Part shown: in pieces, positions 1 through 8,795 of the stretch
How positions within the stretch are numbered: position 1 is the stretch's first letter
Layout: each line of letters begins with the position of its first letter
NCBI GenBank assembly: GCA_945918795.1
Contig: CAMEIT010000005.1
Coordinates: forward strand, 2,946-34,945
Length of the DNA: 32,000 nucleotides
Direction: 5' to 3'
Source of the DNA: an uncultured Clostridia bacterium
Lineage (GTDB): Bacteria; Bacillota; Clostridia; HGM11327
Made by a program: the position numbers and the translations under genes
The notes under the pieces: generated by a model
What the model saw: only the letters and a program-made list of their open reading frames with translations
Told to the model about the DNA's origin: nothing
Database searches by the model: none

Positions 1-1383
1 CAGTTGAGTTATGTCGTATGAAATAAAACGCTCGGGGTCAACGAATGTATCAAACTTGTCAAGTATTTCGCCGTTTTTGAATTTTACGGCACCGATCTCG
101 ATTATTGCGTCGTTTTTCTTGTCAAGTCCCGTAGTCTCAATATCAAACGCAACAAATTCCGCGTCGTCTATATTGCCTTCTTTGCCTTGAATGAGTCCCG
201 TAACGTCGTCGATAAGATAGCCCTCACAGCCGAATATTACTGTAAAGTTGTCATTTTTTGCGGCTTTTGAAAACGCATCCGGATTTGCCTGCAAAACTCC
301 GTGGTCTGTGATTGCAATAGCCTTGTGTCCCCATGACATCGCTCTTTCGACAAGGGCGGCAGGCTCTATCATACCGTCGTACGCACTCATAACAGTATGT
401 GCGTGCAGTTCGACTCTCTTCTCCGGCGCTGTATCAACACGCTTTTTGCTTTCCGCCATGTAAAGTGCTTTGACGTTGAAAACAGGTTCCTTTGCATAGC
501 TGTCAAATACGTATTCCCCGCGTGCCCTTACACGCTTGCCCTCTTTGACGGCTTCCTTTACAGGCTCGAGTGTTTTTTCGTCTGCAAAAAGCTTTCCCTT
601 TATTGAATTTGTTTTGTCCGTAAATTCAAATGTTACTATCGTTTTGCCTGTTTTCGTAAGTCTGAAGTCAACGCTGAAAACCTCTCCCTCGACAATAACA
701 AAATCAGGTCCTTCTTCGATAGAATCCATTGTGATTGCATTGCCCGTAAAAGCTTTGCCGTATACAGGCTCGTCAAGAGACAGTACCTTTTTGTCACCCT
801 GAACAACTTCCTTTTTCTGAGCGCTGTTCGTGCGCTGACTTATCGCCTTTTCGATTTCTTTGTCGCGCTGTTGTCTGTGCTCGGATATGACCTCAGCCAA
901 AGTCCTGTCGTTCATTTTCAGCTCAACTCTGAAATCCCTGTCAAAATTTTCCGAAAACCATTCTTTAATAAGCGTTTCGACATTGTGGCGCGCCATGAGC
1001 TGCAAGTCAATAGGACTTAACGCTTCGGCAAAAAGAATATTCGGCTCTGCGAAAGAAATGTTGTGCAACGCAAGCTCGCACGTTTTCAGTCCCTTTTCGC
1101 GCCACTGTGCTTTGAGTTGTTTTATGTATAAGGGCATTTCAGAGGGATTAAAACGCGCGGGATTTTTATTTTTGAGTATCAGCTTTACAGAATCGGCGGC
1201 AACGCCTACTTTCTTTGCAAAAAGCTTTTTCAGCGTCAATTCTTTTTCCGTCGTAAGAGGCGCACTGACAGTGCAGAATAATTCAAGTCTACCCGTGTCC
1301 TTGAAATATTTTGCACTGTCAAGCTCAATACTATTTAAAAAATCAAGTTTTTCTTCTCTGAAATATTCACCTATTACAGACAT
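1..1383 (-). CDS. polC: DNA polymerase III PolC-type, N-terminal 461 codons (gene continues past the left window edge)
   Basis: Absent from the ORF track because no stop lies in the window. My translation of the minus strand from ATG 1383..1381 gives MSVIGEYFREEKLDFLNSIEL... In the same frame, 420..361 = KRVELHAHTVMSAYDGMIEP (PHP-domain histidines) and 180..121 = EGNIDDAEFVAFDIETTGLD (Exo I motif of the PolC proofreading domain). The + strand ORFs here (248..463, 397..606, 536..802, 860..1417) are antisense shadows. Confidence 0.9.
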   Translation of the reverse strand, partial: MSVIGEYFREEKLDFLNSIELDSAKYFKDTGRLELFCTVSAPLTTEKELTLKKLFAKKVGVAADSVKLILKNKNPARFNPSEMPLYIKQLKAQWREKGLKTCELALHNISFAEPNILFAEALSPIDLQLMARHNVETLIKEWFSENFDRDFRVELKMNDRTLAEVISEHRQQRDKEIEKAISQRTNSAQKKEVVQGDKKVLSLDEPVYGKAFTGNAITMDSIEEGPDFVIVEGEVFSVDFRLTKTGKTIVTFEFTDKTNSIKGKLFADEKTLEPVKEAVKEGKRVRARGEYVFDSYAKEPVFNVKALYMAESKKRVDTAPEKRVELHAHTVMSAYDGMIEPAALVERAMSWGHKAIAITDHGVLQANPDAFSKAAKNDNFTVIFGCEGYLIDDVTGLIQGKEGNIDDAEFVAFDIETTGLDKKNDAIIEIGAVKFKNGEILDKFDTFVDPERFISYDITQL

Positions 1384-1385
1384 TT

Positions 1386-2456
1386 TCAGCAACCGTTTCC
1401 TTTGTTATCAAGTATAATCATAGCTCTCTCATAAAGAGCGTCAACCGCATCCTCAGCATCGATAACAGCTGTTTTCTCTCCGTGTTCAAAAATAACGACC
1501 TTTCCTTTTCCTCCGGCAATACCTATATCGGCGTGAGACGCCTCTCCCGGGCCGTTAACCACACAGCCCATTACCGCAACAGTGAGACTTCTCTTTTCGC
1601 CTGCAAATTTTTCGCGGAGCTTTTGAACCGTCGTCTCAAGGTCATATTTTGTTCTTGCGCACGTCGGACAGGATATTATTTCAACGCCGCCGTTATAAAG
1701 TCCGGCGGCTCTGAGCAGTTCGTATGCAGTATGCACCTCGTTTACAGGGTCGGCTGTCAATGAAACCCTTATCGTATCGCCTATCCCTTCAAGAAGCAAC
1801 GCGCCGATTCCGAGCGAGCTTTTCACAGTTCCCGCAAGAATATCGCCTGCTTCCGTAACACCGAGGTGAAGCGGATATGATATTCTCTCTGACAAATATC
1901 TGTAAACGTCAATCATCTCACGAACGTTAGATGACTTTGCCGACACAACAATATCGTCAAACCCCGCCTTTTCAAGTGCATTCACATTGGCAAGTGCGCT
2001 TTCCGCAATGGCAATATAATTTCTGCCGTACTTTTGGACAAAATCCGAATTGAGCGAGCCTGTATTTGCGCCCACTCTTATCGGGACCTTGTGCTCCTTT
2101 GCCGATTGAGCAACAAGCCTGATTTTGTCCTCCGAGCCTATGTTGCCCGGATTTATTCTTACCTTTGCCGCGCCTGCTTCTATTGCACCGAGAGCAAGCC
2201 TGTAATCAAAGTGTATGTCTGCCACAACAGGCATACACGAATTTTTAACGATCGTTTGAAACGGTAAAATACACTCGCTGTCATAAACAGCACATCTTAT
2301 AATACTGCAGCCTGCATTATATAAGTTCTCAATCTGCGAAAGTGTAGCCCTAACGTCTTTTGTATCCGTATTTATCATAGACTGCACCGCAACAGGATTA
2401 CCGCCTCCGATTGTCACGTTCCCGATTTTAATTTCCTTTGTATTCTTACGTTCCAT
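1386..2456 (-). CDS. ispG: 4-hydroxy-3-methylbut-2-en-1-yl diphosphate synthase (IspG/GcpE)
   Basis: ORF-track protein has the IspG pattern (IGNVTIGGGNPVAVQSM, and C-terminal Fe-S cysteines in CPTCAR and GCVVNGPGE). The track start at 2462 is TTG; ATG at 2456 (MERKNTKEIK) is preferred. The stop lies 2 nt before the polC ATG. Confidence 0.95.
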   Translation of the reverse strand: MERKNTKEIKIGNVTIGGGNPVAVQSMINTDTKDVRATLSQIENLYNAGCSIIRCAVYDSECILPFQTIVKNSCMPVVADIHFDYRLALGAIEAGAAKVRINPGNIGSEDKIRLVAQSAKEHKVPIRVGANTGSLNSDFVQKYGRNYIAIAESALANVNALEKAGFDDIVVSAKSSNVREMIDVYRYLSERISYPLHLGVTEAGDILAGTVKSSLGIGALLLEGIGDTIRVSLTADPVNEVHTAYELLRAAGLYNGGVEIISCPTCARTKYDLETTVQKLREKFAGEKRSLTVAVMGCVVNGPGEASHADIGIAGGKGKVVIFEHGEKTAVIDAEDAVDALYERAMIILDNKGNGC

Positions 2457-2458
2457 AA

Positions 2459-3520
2459 TCAAAACAAATTTACTGCATCCTTAACCGTAAGCAATATCAT
2501 GAGCAGCATTAGCGCCGCAAAGCCTACAAAATTTATCCAGCCCTCAACGTCTTGACGAAGCGGCTTACGTCTTATTCCTTCAATTATCAAAAGCAAGCAT
2601 TTGCCACCGTCGAGTGCCGGGAAAGGCAACATATTTACAACCGCAAGATTGAGCGTTAAAGCGGCAAATATGCTTATTACAGATATAAATCCGTCTTTCG
2701 TCGCATCGCTTATGACGCTGATTACCCCGATAGGTCCGCTTACCTGGTCAAGTCCTTCACCTTTGAACAGCATATTGCCGATTGTAGTATATATGAGCGA
2801 CATCATATTGCCTGCCATACTTACAGAATCGGAAACAGCTTTGCCGAATGTAGTCGGTACGTATTGACGCTGGAAATAGAATCCGACTTTATATCTGTTA
2901 TCCGTTTCGTCAAGCTCAGGTGTTACCTCAATATCAACAAGCTCGCCGTTTCTTTCAACGGTGAATACGACCGTCTTGCCTGAATTCAGAATTGACGAGA
3001 TTTGTGAAGAAGCCTTATTGAAATCATTCTGTATAATATCGATTCCGTCAATTTTGATTATTACGTCGTTTTGCTCAAGTCCAACCTGTTCAGCAGGCGT
3101 GTTCTCTATTATTTGGCCTATTTGCGGAGTCTCGGAAAGCGTGCCTATGCAAAGGTACAATATGAGGAGAAGTACAAATCCGAGAACAATATTCATCACC
3201 GCGCCTGCGGCATAGATTATAAAGCGCTTCCACACTTTAATATTCGGAAGCAAATTCGGATCGTCTCTGTTCACCTCTGTCTGTTCACCGTAAGCCTCAT
3301 CGTCTCCTGCGAACTTGACAAAGCCGCCTATCGGGACGCATCTGAGCGAAAACAATACATTCTTGCCACGCCTTGAATATATCTTGGGTCCCATGCCAAT
3401 GGCAAATTCGTCTATTTTTACATGAAACAGTCTGCCTGTAATATAGTGTCCCCATTCATGAACAACTACCATAACGGTAAATCCAATTACAAATGCCAAA
3501 ATCGTATATACAATATTCAT
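2459..3520 (-). CDS. rseP: RIP zinc metalloprotease RseP/YluC (M50 site-2 protease)
   Basis: HEWGHY (HExxH) in the first TM segment, a central PDZ-like segment, C-terminal NMLPFPALDGG motif, multiple TM segments. SD AGAAAGG lies upstream of ATG 3520. Sits in the conserved dxr-rseP-ispG position. Confidence 0.9.
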   Translation of the reverse strand: MNIVYTILAFVIGFTVMVVVHEWGHYITGRLFHVKIDEFAIGMGPKIYSRRGKNVLFSLRCVPIGGFVKFAGDDEAYGEQTEVNRDDPNLLPNIKVWKRFIIYAAGAVMNIVLGFVLLLILYLCIGTLSETPQIGQIIENTPAEQVGLEQNDVIIKIDGIDIIQNDFNKASSQISSILNSGKTVVFTVERNGELVDIEVTPELDETDNRYKVGFYFQRQYVPTTFGKAVSDSVSMAGNMMSLIYTTIGNMLFKGEGLDQVSGPIGVISVISDATKDGFISVISIFAALTLNLAVVNMLPFPALDGGKCLLLIIEGIRRKPLRQDVEGWINFVGFAALMLLMILLTVKDAVNLF

Positions 3521-3544
3521 TAAAAAGCCTTTCTGTGGTTTATG

Positions 3545-4687
3545 TTATTCGCGTGCGAGCCTGTCGGCTGTTACAATATCCTCAAGCGTACAAGCCTCAC
3601 CCATATTATTATTGCACAGCTTCATCAATTTGTACTGAACAAACTGTGAAATCTCAATGAAACTGATTTTTCTGTTCAAAAACAATTCAACTGCTTTTTC
3701 GTTTGCGGCATTCAAAACGGCAGGTGCTGTTCCGCCCATTCTGAGTGCATCATAAGCAAGCTGTATGGACGGGAATTTTTCCATATCCGGCTTTTCAAAA
3801 GTAAGTGCTGCCGCTTTTGTGAGATCGAGCCTTCCGAAGCGCGTCGGCAGTCTTTCGGGATATGAAAGCGCATACAGTATGGGATGCCGCATATCGGCGT
3901 TGCCGAGCTGAGCCATAATATTGCCGTCTATACATTCAACCATTGAATGTACTATACTCTGAGGATGAACAAGAATGTCGATTTTATCCGCACCCACGCC
4001 GTAAAGTCTTTCTGCCTCGATAACCTCAAGTCCCTTGTTCATCATAGTTGCCGAATCAACCGTAATTTTTGCGCCCATGCTCCAATTCGGATGCTTGAGC
4101 GCCTGTTCAACTGTAATATTCTTGAACTCTTTTTTATCCATTGTACGGAAAGGACCGCCCGATGCCGTGAGGATCAAACGCTCGACGTGCTCTTTATAAT
4201 CCCCGTTTTTATTGATGCCCTCGAGACACTGCCACAAAGCGCTGTGCTCGCTGTCAATGGGAATTATTCTGCCGCCGTATTTTTTCACATAGTCGTTAAC
4301 GATTTCGCCTGCCGCAACAAGCACTTCTTTTGTCGCAATGGCAACGCATTTGCCGCATTGCAAAGCTGATAACGTAATATCTATTCCAGCAAAGCCGCTT
4401 ATTGCAACAACGACGGTATCGCAGTTTTCAACTATCGTCCTTTCATTGCCTTTGGGAAATATCAATTCCGATTTTCCTTTGTATTTTCCGCACAGCTTTT
4501 TATAAGAAGCCTCATCGTACAAGCCAATAAATTCAGGCTCATGTTTTTCCGCCTGTGCCGAAAGCAAATCGATATTCTTATTCGCAAAGCACGAAACAAG
4601 CCTGAATTTATCCGGATATTTTTCTATAATATCGACTGTCTGGGTTCCGATGGAACCCGTCGAGCCGAACAACGCAATTTTTTTCAT
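3545..4687 (-). CDS. dxr: 1-deoxy-D-xylulose 5-phosphate reductoisomerase
   Basis: N-terminal NADPH loop LFGSTGSIGTQT, plus the PIDSEHSA and HPNWSMGAKITVDSATMMNKGLEVIEA motifs typical of Dxr. Confidence 0.95.
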   Translation of the reverse strand: MKKIALFGSTGSIGTQTVDIIEKYPDKFRLVSCFANKNIDLLSAQAEKHEPEFIGLYDEASYKKLCGKYKGKSELIFPKGNERTIVENCDTVVVAISGFAGIDITLSALQCGKCVAIATKEVLVAAGEIVNDYVKKYGGRIIPIDSEHSALWQCLEGINKNGDYKEHVERLILTASGGPFRTMDKKEFKNITVEQALKHPNWSMGAKITVDSATMMNKGLEVIEAERLYGVGADKIDILVHPQSIVHSMVECIDGNIMAQLGNADMRHPILYALSYPERLPTRFGRLDLTKAAALTFEKPDMEKFPSIQLAYDALRMGGTAPAVLNAANEKAVELFLNRKISFIEISQFVQYKLMKLCNNNMGEACTLEDIVTADRLARE

Positions 4688-4714
4688 TTCTGTTTATATG
4701 ATATTAATTTTCTC

Positions 4715-5515
4715 TCAAATTATGCCCAATACGGTAAACAAATAAACAAGCACCGTTGTGAACATTATGCTGTCAAGTCTGTCCATGATTCCGCCGTGTC
4801 CCGGAATAAGATTACTGAAATCCTTCAAGCCGCAGTAACGCTTAATTGACGACGCGAACAGATCACCGAACTGTGCGAAAATGCCGCAAAGCAGTGCAAT
4901 CAATATCCACATGAGCACGTTTACAACGCCTATCGGAGTTCCGTTTATAAGGCTAACAACGAGCCAATATATCGGGAACAATATTGTCGTTGCCGCCGCT
5001 CCGCCTATTGCGCCTGCAACTGTCTTATTTGGACTTATATTCGGGCAAAGCTTTGTATCGCCGAATCTGCGTCCCACAAAGAATGCGGCAGTATCCGTTA
5101 TTACGGAAGCTATTATAGCCCCGATTATATACTCTCTTCCGAACTGTTGAAGAATATTGAGGAGCAGTATAAGTGTCGTCGGATATACAAATACGAATAT
5201 AGTTCCTATTGCATCCTTAACATCGTATTTAGGCATAAGCATCGAAATTGAAAATGTGATTATTGAAAACAGCAGCAGTATTGCCAGCAGGTGCTTGCTC
5301 TCCCCGAAATATACCGTCACAGCCGCAACAATGGCGTACACGTAATTCATGATGAACATAGTATTGATTTCAACAATTTTAAGCGATCTTTTCATCTCGT
5401 AAATTGCACCGAGCATTATCGCAAGAACCAATAATTGAAACACTATGCCGCTGAAATAAATTGCCAATACAACAATCGGTATAATAACCGCCGCAGAAAT
5501 AACTCTTTTTTTCAT
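4715..5515 (-). CDS. cdsA: phosphatidate cytidylyltransferase (CDP-diglyceride synthase)
   Basis: Polytopic membrane protein with the C-terminal signature SSIKRYCGLKDFSNLIPGHGGIMDRLDS. The track start 5551 is TTG and would overlap uppS. ATG 5515 (MKKRVISAAV) has SD GGAAGG (5525..5530) upstream. Confidence 0.9.
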   Translation of the reverse strand: MKKRVISAAVIIPIVVLAIYFSGIVFQLLVLAIMLGAIYEMKRSLKIVEINTMFIMNYVYAIVAAVTVYFGESKHLLAILLLFSIITFSISMLMPKYDVKDAIGTIFVFVYPTTLILLLNILQQFGREYIIGAIIASVITDTAAFFVGRRFGDTKLCPNISPNKTVAGAIGGAAATTILFPIYWLVVSLINGTPIGVVNVLMWILIALLCGIFAQFGDLFASSIKRYCGLKDFSNLIPGHGGIMDRLDSIMFTTVLVYLFTVLGII

Positions 5516-5531
5516 TGTCTGTTGCCTTCCT

Positions 5532-6299
5532 TTATATATTTTTATTTGCAAGACCGCCGAAGCGTCTCTCTCTCTTTTGATATTCCATAATCGCTCTTAA
5601 GAAGCATTCCTTGTTGAAGTCCGGCCAATAAAGATCCTTCGGGCTTATCCAAAGCTCCGAATATGCGCTCTGGTACGGGAGAAAATTGCTCAGGCGAAGC
5701 TCGCCCGCCGTTCTTATCACAAGGTCGGGGTCAGGCATACCCGCCGTATACAGATGCTCGGAAATAGTCTTTTCGTCAATATCATTGATATCGAGCTTGC
5801 CGTTTTGTATTTCCTCTGCCATAAGCTTGAACGCTCTTACAAGCTCTGCGCGTCCGCCGTAATTAAGCGCGACATTAAGATGAAGCTCGCTGTTTTCAGC
5901 CGTATAATCTATTGCGTACTGAACGGCATTTCTTGATTTTTCGGGAAGCACCGAATAATCTCCGAGCACGTGAATCCTTGCTCCCTCTTTTTTTATATTA
6001 TCTATCTCTCTGTTTATGAACTCGACTATAAGATTCATAAGCGTATCGACTTCTTCCTTCGGGCGCGACCAATTTTCGGTAGAAAACGCATATACAGTTA
6101 TATATTGTATGCCTATTGCTTTTGATACCGTAAGAAGCTCTTTAAGCTTTTCGACTCCGTATCTATGTCCGACAGAGCGCGCAAAGCCGTGCATTTTTGC
6201 CCATCTGCCGTTCCCGTCCATAATGATTGCGACGTGTTTGGGCACATTTTTGCTTTTAACAAGAGATATTAATGTATGAATATTGGGATTATCTGCCAT
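5532..6299 (-). CDS. uppS: isoprenyl transferase / undecaprenyl diphosphate synthase
   Basis: HVAIIMDGNGRWA and RTAGELRLSNFLPYQSAYSEL signatures of cis-prenyltransferases, in the conserved position upstream of cdsA. Confidence 0.93.
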   Translation of the reverse strand: MADNPNIHTLISLVKSKNVPKHVAIIMDGNGRWAKMHGFARSVGHRYGVEKLKELLTVSKAIGIQYITVYAFSTENWSRPKEEVDTLMNLIVEFINREIDNIKKEGARIHVLGDYSVLPEKSRNAVQYAIDYTAENSELHLNVALNYGGRAELVRAFKLMAEEIQNGKLDINDIDEKTISEHLYTAGMPDPDLVIRTAGELRLSNFLPYQSAYSELWISPKDLYWPDFNKECFLRAIMEYQKRERRFGGLANKNI

Positions 6300-6331
6300 A
6301 TTACCGTGTAAAAGGGTGCTCCTTTCATTTA

Positions 6332-6363
6332 ATTTCCGTATATAAAAATCTTTGTACGGAAAT
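6332..6363 (-). promoter_or_regulatory. 9-bp inverted repeat (ATTTCCGTA ... TACGGAAAT) in the predicted uppS 5' UTR
   Basis: Read directly: 6332..6340 pairs with 6355..6363, with a 14-nt loop. It lies between the predicted -10 (6379..6384) and the uppS ATG (6299). No U-run follows on the minus strand, so it is not a classic terminator. Confidence 0.35.
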
Positions 6364-6378
6364 TACTTGTATATCTTT

Positions 6379-6407
6379 ATTATAGCATAAAATGTAATAA
6401 AAATCTA
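6379..6407 (-). promoter_or_regulatory. candidate sigmaA promoter for uppS (TAGATT-17-TGcTATAAT)
   Basis: Minus strand reads TAGATT (6407..6402), a 17-nt spacer, then TGC TATAAT (6387..6379). The extended -10 is perfect; the -35 is weak. Confidence 0.45.
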
Positions 6408-6447
6408 CTATCTATACAAAAATAATATATATATCCCGGAAGTTTAT

Positions 6448-6481
6448 AAAAAAAGTCCGACGACATCACGCCGCCGGACTT
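6448..6481 (-). terminator. rho-independent terminator after lipoprotein gene 1
   Basis: Minus strand: AAGUCCGGCG-loop-CGUCGGACUU (about 10 bp including one G-U) followed by a U-run (plus-strand A-run 6448..6454). Confidence 0.7.
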
Positions 6482-6563
6482 GCAAAGAATTGTTTTTTGT
6501 GTTATTATCGGGATTCAAATTCAAAACCGACATTATCCATATCAAATCGATGATCTCATGCCA

Positions 6564-7472
6564 TTAAAAATCTACCGGAGGAAATATATCATCAATATCG
6601 AATGAATATTCCTCATACTCGTCAAGGTCTGACGGAGGTGTTATTGTAACTTCTTTGCCCGGGTTATTGTATTTGAAGTTCATATTGAAGTCAATTGTAA
6701 ACATACCGATTGCGCTTATAGCTTCGTCAATATCTTCCGCATCTTTATCAACGGAAAGGCCTTTCATTTCAAGTGTATTATCCGCAAAATAACCGTCTTT
6801 GATTACAAATGTTACATTCAAATCGCCGAATACAACCGATTTCAATGTATCCAATACATCTTTTCTTGTATCTTCCTTTTCATCATCGTCAACATCAAGT
6901 GCATCTACAAAACTGTTGGCAAGCTTTTCCGCAAAAGCCTTTATCTCTTCGCTTGTCTTTGTAATTGTGTACTTGTAGCCGCCGCCTTCCACTTCTTCCT
7001 TTGCAATATCCTTAAAGTCCTCTTCGTCAAATAAATCAACATCTACCTTTGCGTCCTCTTTAAATGAAGGAATATCGCTGTCTGCCTCATCGAGCTTCTG
7101 CTTGATTTTATTCTCGTACAATATTTCACCTTCGTATTTTGATGCAGAGTAAGAGTATTGGTAGCCGTCGGCGGAATATATGGAGATCGTTTCCTCCGAG
7201 CCCATTGCAGTAACCGTATACGAAAGTGAGATCGGAGAATTTTCATCATTCACGTCGACCATTTTTGCGGCAAAGCTAATGGGAACATTAAAATTCACAG
7301 TTCCGTCTTTTGAGCGCAGAGCCACAGTTGCCGAGCCCTCAATATCGATACCCTTCATTTCCTGCGAATTTTTGCAGGCATCGGAATACAGGTCGAAATC
7401 TGTCTTACCGCATCCGGTAAGAGAAAACAGCATAGCAACCACAAGAATCGCTATCAAAGAAAATTTTTTCAT
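6564..7472 (-). CDS. acidic lipoprotein of unrecognised family, paralog 1
   Basis: 302 aa. MKKFSLIAILVVAMLFSLTGC is a signal peptide plus lipobox (L-T-G-C). SD GGAGG lies 6 nt upstream of the ATG. About half of residues are identical by eye to 7658..8542 (shared blocks KYTITKTSEEIKAFAEK, VTFVIKDGYF, NNPGKEVT, PSDLDEYEE). Has its own promoter and terminator. Confidence 0.85.
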   Translation of the reverse strand: MKKFSLIAILVVAMLFSLTGCGKTDFDLYSDACKNSQEMKGIDIEGSATVALRSKDGTVNFNVPISFAAKMVDVNDENSPISLSYTVTAMGSEETISIYSADGYQYSYSASKYEGEILYENKIKQKLDEADSDIPSFKEDAKVDVDLFDEEDFKDIAKEEVEGGGYKYTITKTSEEIKAFAEKLANSFVDALDVDDDEKEDTRKDVLDTLKSVVFGDLNVTFVIKDGYFADNTLEMKGLSVDKDAEDIDEAISAIGMFTIDFNMNFKYNNPGKEVTITPPSDLDEYEEYSFDIDDIFPPVDF

Positions 7473-7504
7473 ATCTTTCCTCCTTGAGATATTTCTTTAC
7501 TCAC

Positions 7505-7533
7505 ATTATACCACAAAAAAATGAATTTGTCTA
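7505..7533 (-). promoter_or_regulatory. sigmaA promoter of lipoprotein gene 1 (TAGACA-17-TGgTATAAT)
   Basis: Minus strand: TAGACA (7533..7528), 17-nt spacer, TGG TATAAT (7513..7505). Leaves a short leader to the SD. Confidence 0.6.
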
Positions 7534-7603
7534 TTTAAATGCAGGAAAATATACATTTTCAGACAAATTGTTTATTTACGGATAATTTTTCACCTGTCGA
7601 TAA

Positions 7604-7637
7604 TTAAAAAAGCTCGACGATAACAATATCGTCGAGC
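7604..7637 (-). terminator. rho-independent terminator after lipoprotein gene 2
   Basis: Perfect 10-bp stem GCTCGACGAT (7612..7621) / ATCGTCGAGC (7628..7637) with a 6-nt loop. On the minus strand it is followed by U6 (plus-strand A-run 7606..7611). Confidence 0.8.
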
Positions 7638-7657
7638 CATAAAGTCAAACGTTTTAA

Positions 7658-8542
7658 TCAGTAATCAAAATCGAAATCGAAATCGAATTCTTCATACTCG
7701 TCAAGGTCAGACGGAGCCATTACAGTAACGTCTTTTCCCGGGTTGTTGAATTTAACGTTCATTTCAATGTCAATCTTGAGTAACTCATTCAATGCAAGAT
7801 CATCTGTGCTGATCTCGGAAGAATTGATTACCAAGCCGTTCATTACAACGCCGAACTCTGTAAAATAGCCGTCCTTAATAACAAATGTAACCGTCATGCC
7901 GCCGAAAGTCATTTCGTCAAATGATTCTTTCATTTCGTTTTTAGATTCTTCTTTTTCAGCGTCCGTTTTATCCATTGCGTCAATGATACCGGACATAATC
8001 TTTTCGGCATAAGCCTTTACTTCGTCGCTTGTCTTTGTTATTGTGTACTTGTTGCCGCCGTCAACACTTTCCTTTGAAGCGTTTTTGAAGTCCTCTTCAA
8101 CGAACAAATCAAGATCGATCTTAGCGTCTTCCTTGAGCTCGGGGAAATCGCTGTCTGACTCATCGACTGCCTCTTTGATCTTTTGCTCAAATTCTTCACC
8201 TTCAATTGATGTTTTTGTTGCCGTGTATCTGTATCCGTCGGCAACGTAAACCGAAGACTGTGTATTCATACCCATAAAAGGCATCGAATATGTAATAAGC
8301 ATTTTTGCATTCTTGTTATTTACATCATCAACCTTGAGTGCAAAATCAATAGGCAAATTCATGTTCGTTGTTCCGTCAACGGAATTGATAACGAGCTTCA
8401 CAGAGCCTTCTGCATCAATGCCCTTCATTTCCTCAGCGTTTTTGTAGGCGTCAGAATACATTTCGTAATCCGTCTTACCGCATCCGGTAAGAGAAAACAG
8501 CATAGCAATCACAAGAACTGCTATCAAAGAAATCTTTTTCAT
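7658..8542 (-). CDS. acidic lipoprotein of unrecognised family, paralog 2
   Basis: 294 aa. MKKISLIAVLVIAMLFSLTGC signal peptide plus lipobox, and the same SD context as paralog 1. C-terminus is EEFDFDFDFDY, encoded by a hexanucleotide repeat. Confidence 0.85.
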   Translation of the reverse strand: MKKISLIAVLVIAMLFSLTGCGKTDYEMYSDAYKNAEEMKGIDAEGSVKLVINSVDGTTNMNLPIDFALKVDDVNNKNAKMLITYSMPFMGMNTQSSVYVADGYRYTATKTSIEGEEFEQKIKEAVDESDSDFPELKEDAKIDLDLFVEEDFKNASKESVDGGNKYTITKTSDEVKAYAEKIMSGIIDAMDKTDAEKEESKNEMKESFDEMTFGGMTVTFVIKDGYFTEFGVVMNGLVINSSEISTDDLALNELLKIDIEMNVKFNNPGKDVTVMAPSDLDEYEEFDFDFDFDY

Positions 8543-8574
8543 ATCTTTCCTCCTTGAGATATTTCTTTGAATAC

Positions 8575-8603
8575 ATTATAACATAAATACTCAATTAAAA
8601 CAA
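8575..8603 (-). promoter_or_regulatory. candidate sigmaA promoter of lipoprotein gene 2 (TTGTTT-17-TGtTATAAT)
   Basis: Minus strand: TTGTTT (8603..8598), 17-nt spacer, TGT TATAAT (8583..8575). Same position relative to the ATG as the paralog 1 promoter. Confidence 0.5.
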
Positions 8604-8715
8604 CCATTATTATTTATATTTCAAAAAAATTTACATAGGTTTGCCGAAATATCATTTTCGTCGGCAGTAAAAAAGATAAATAAAAAGATCCCATTATGGC
8701 AGCTTCTCTTAAAGA

Positions 8716-8765
8716 TAAAAACTCCATTGCGATTCCATGATCGTAATGGAGTTTTTTGTTATTTC
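8716..8765. terminator. strong hairpin with flanking A/T runs (bidirectional terminator; ends the pyrG transcript on the minus strand)
   Basis: ACTCCATTGCGAT (8721..8733), loop TCCATG, ATCGTAATGGAGT (8740..8752). This is 13 bp with one G-U in the + sense and one A-C mismatch in the minus sense. T-run 8753..8757 on plus, A-run 8717..8720 on plus (a U-run on minus). Confidence 0.7.
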
Positions 8766-8795
8766 AGTGTTCTGACAGCCTTCGGTGACAACTCA

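Noticed and set aside
7043-7249. 68-aa same-strand alternate-frame ORFs at equivalent positions in both lipoprotein genes (also 8038..8244)
   Set aside because: These frames stay open because GAA/GAT/AAA-rich codons read as Lys/Arg/Ser codons when shifted. The two peptides resemble each other only as far as the underlying nucleotide identity requires. There is no SD and no independent signal.
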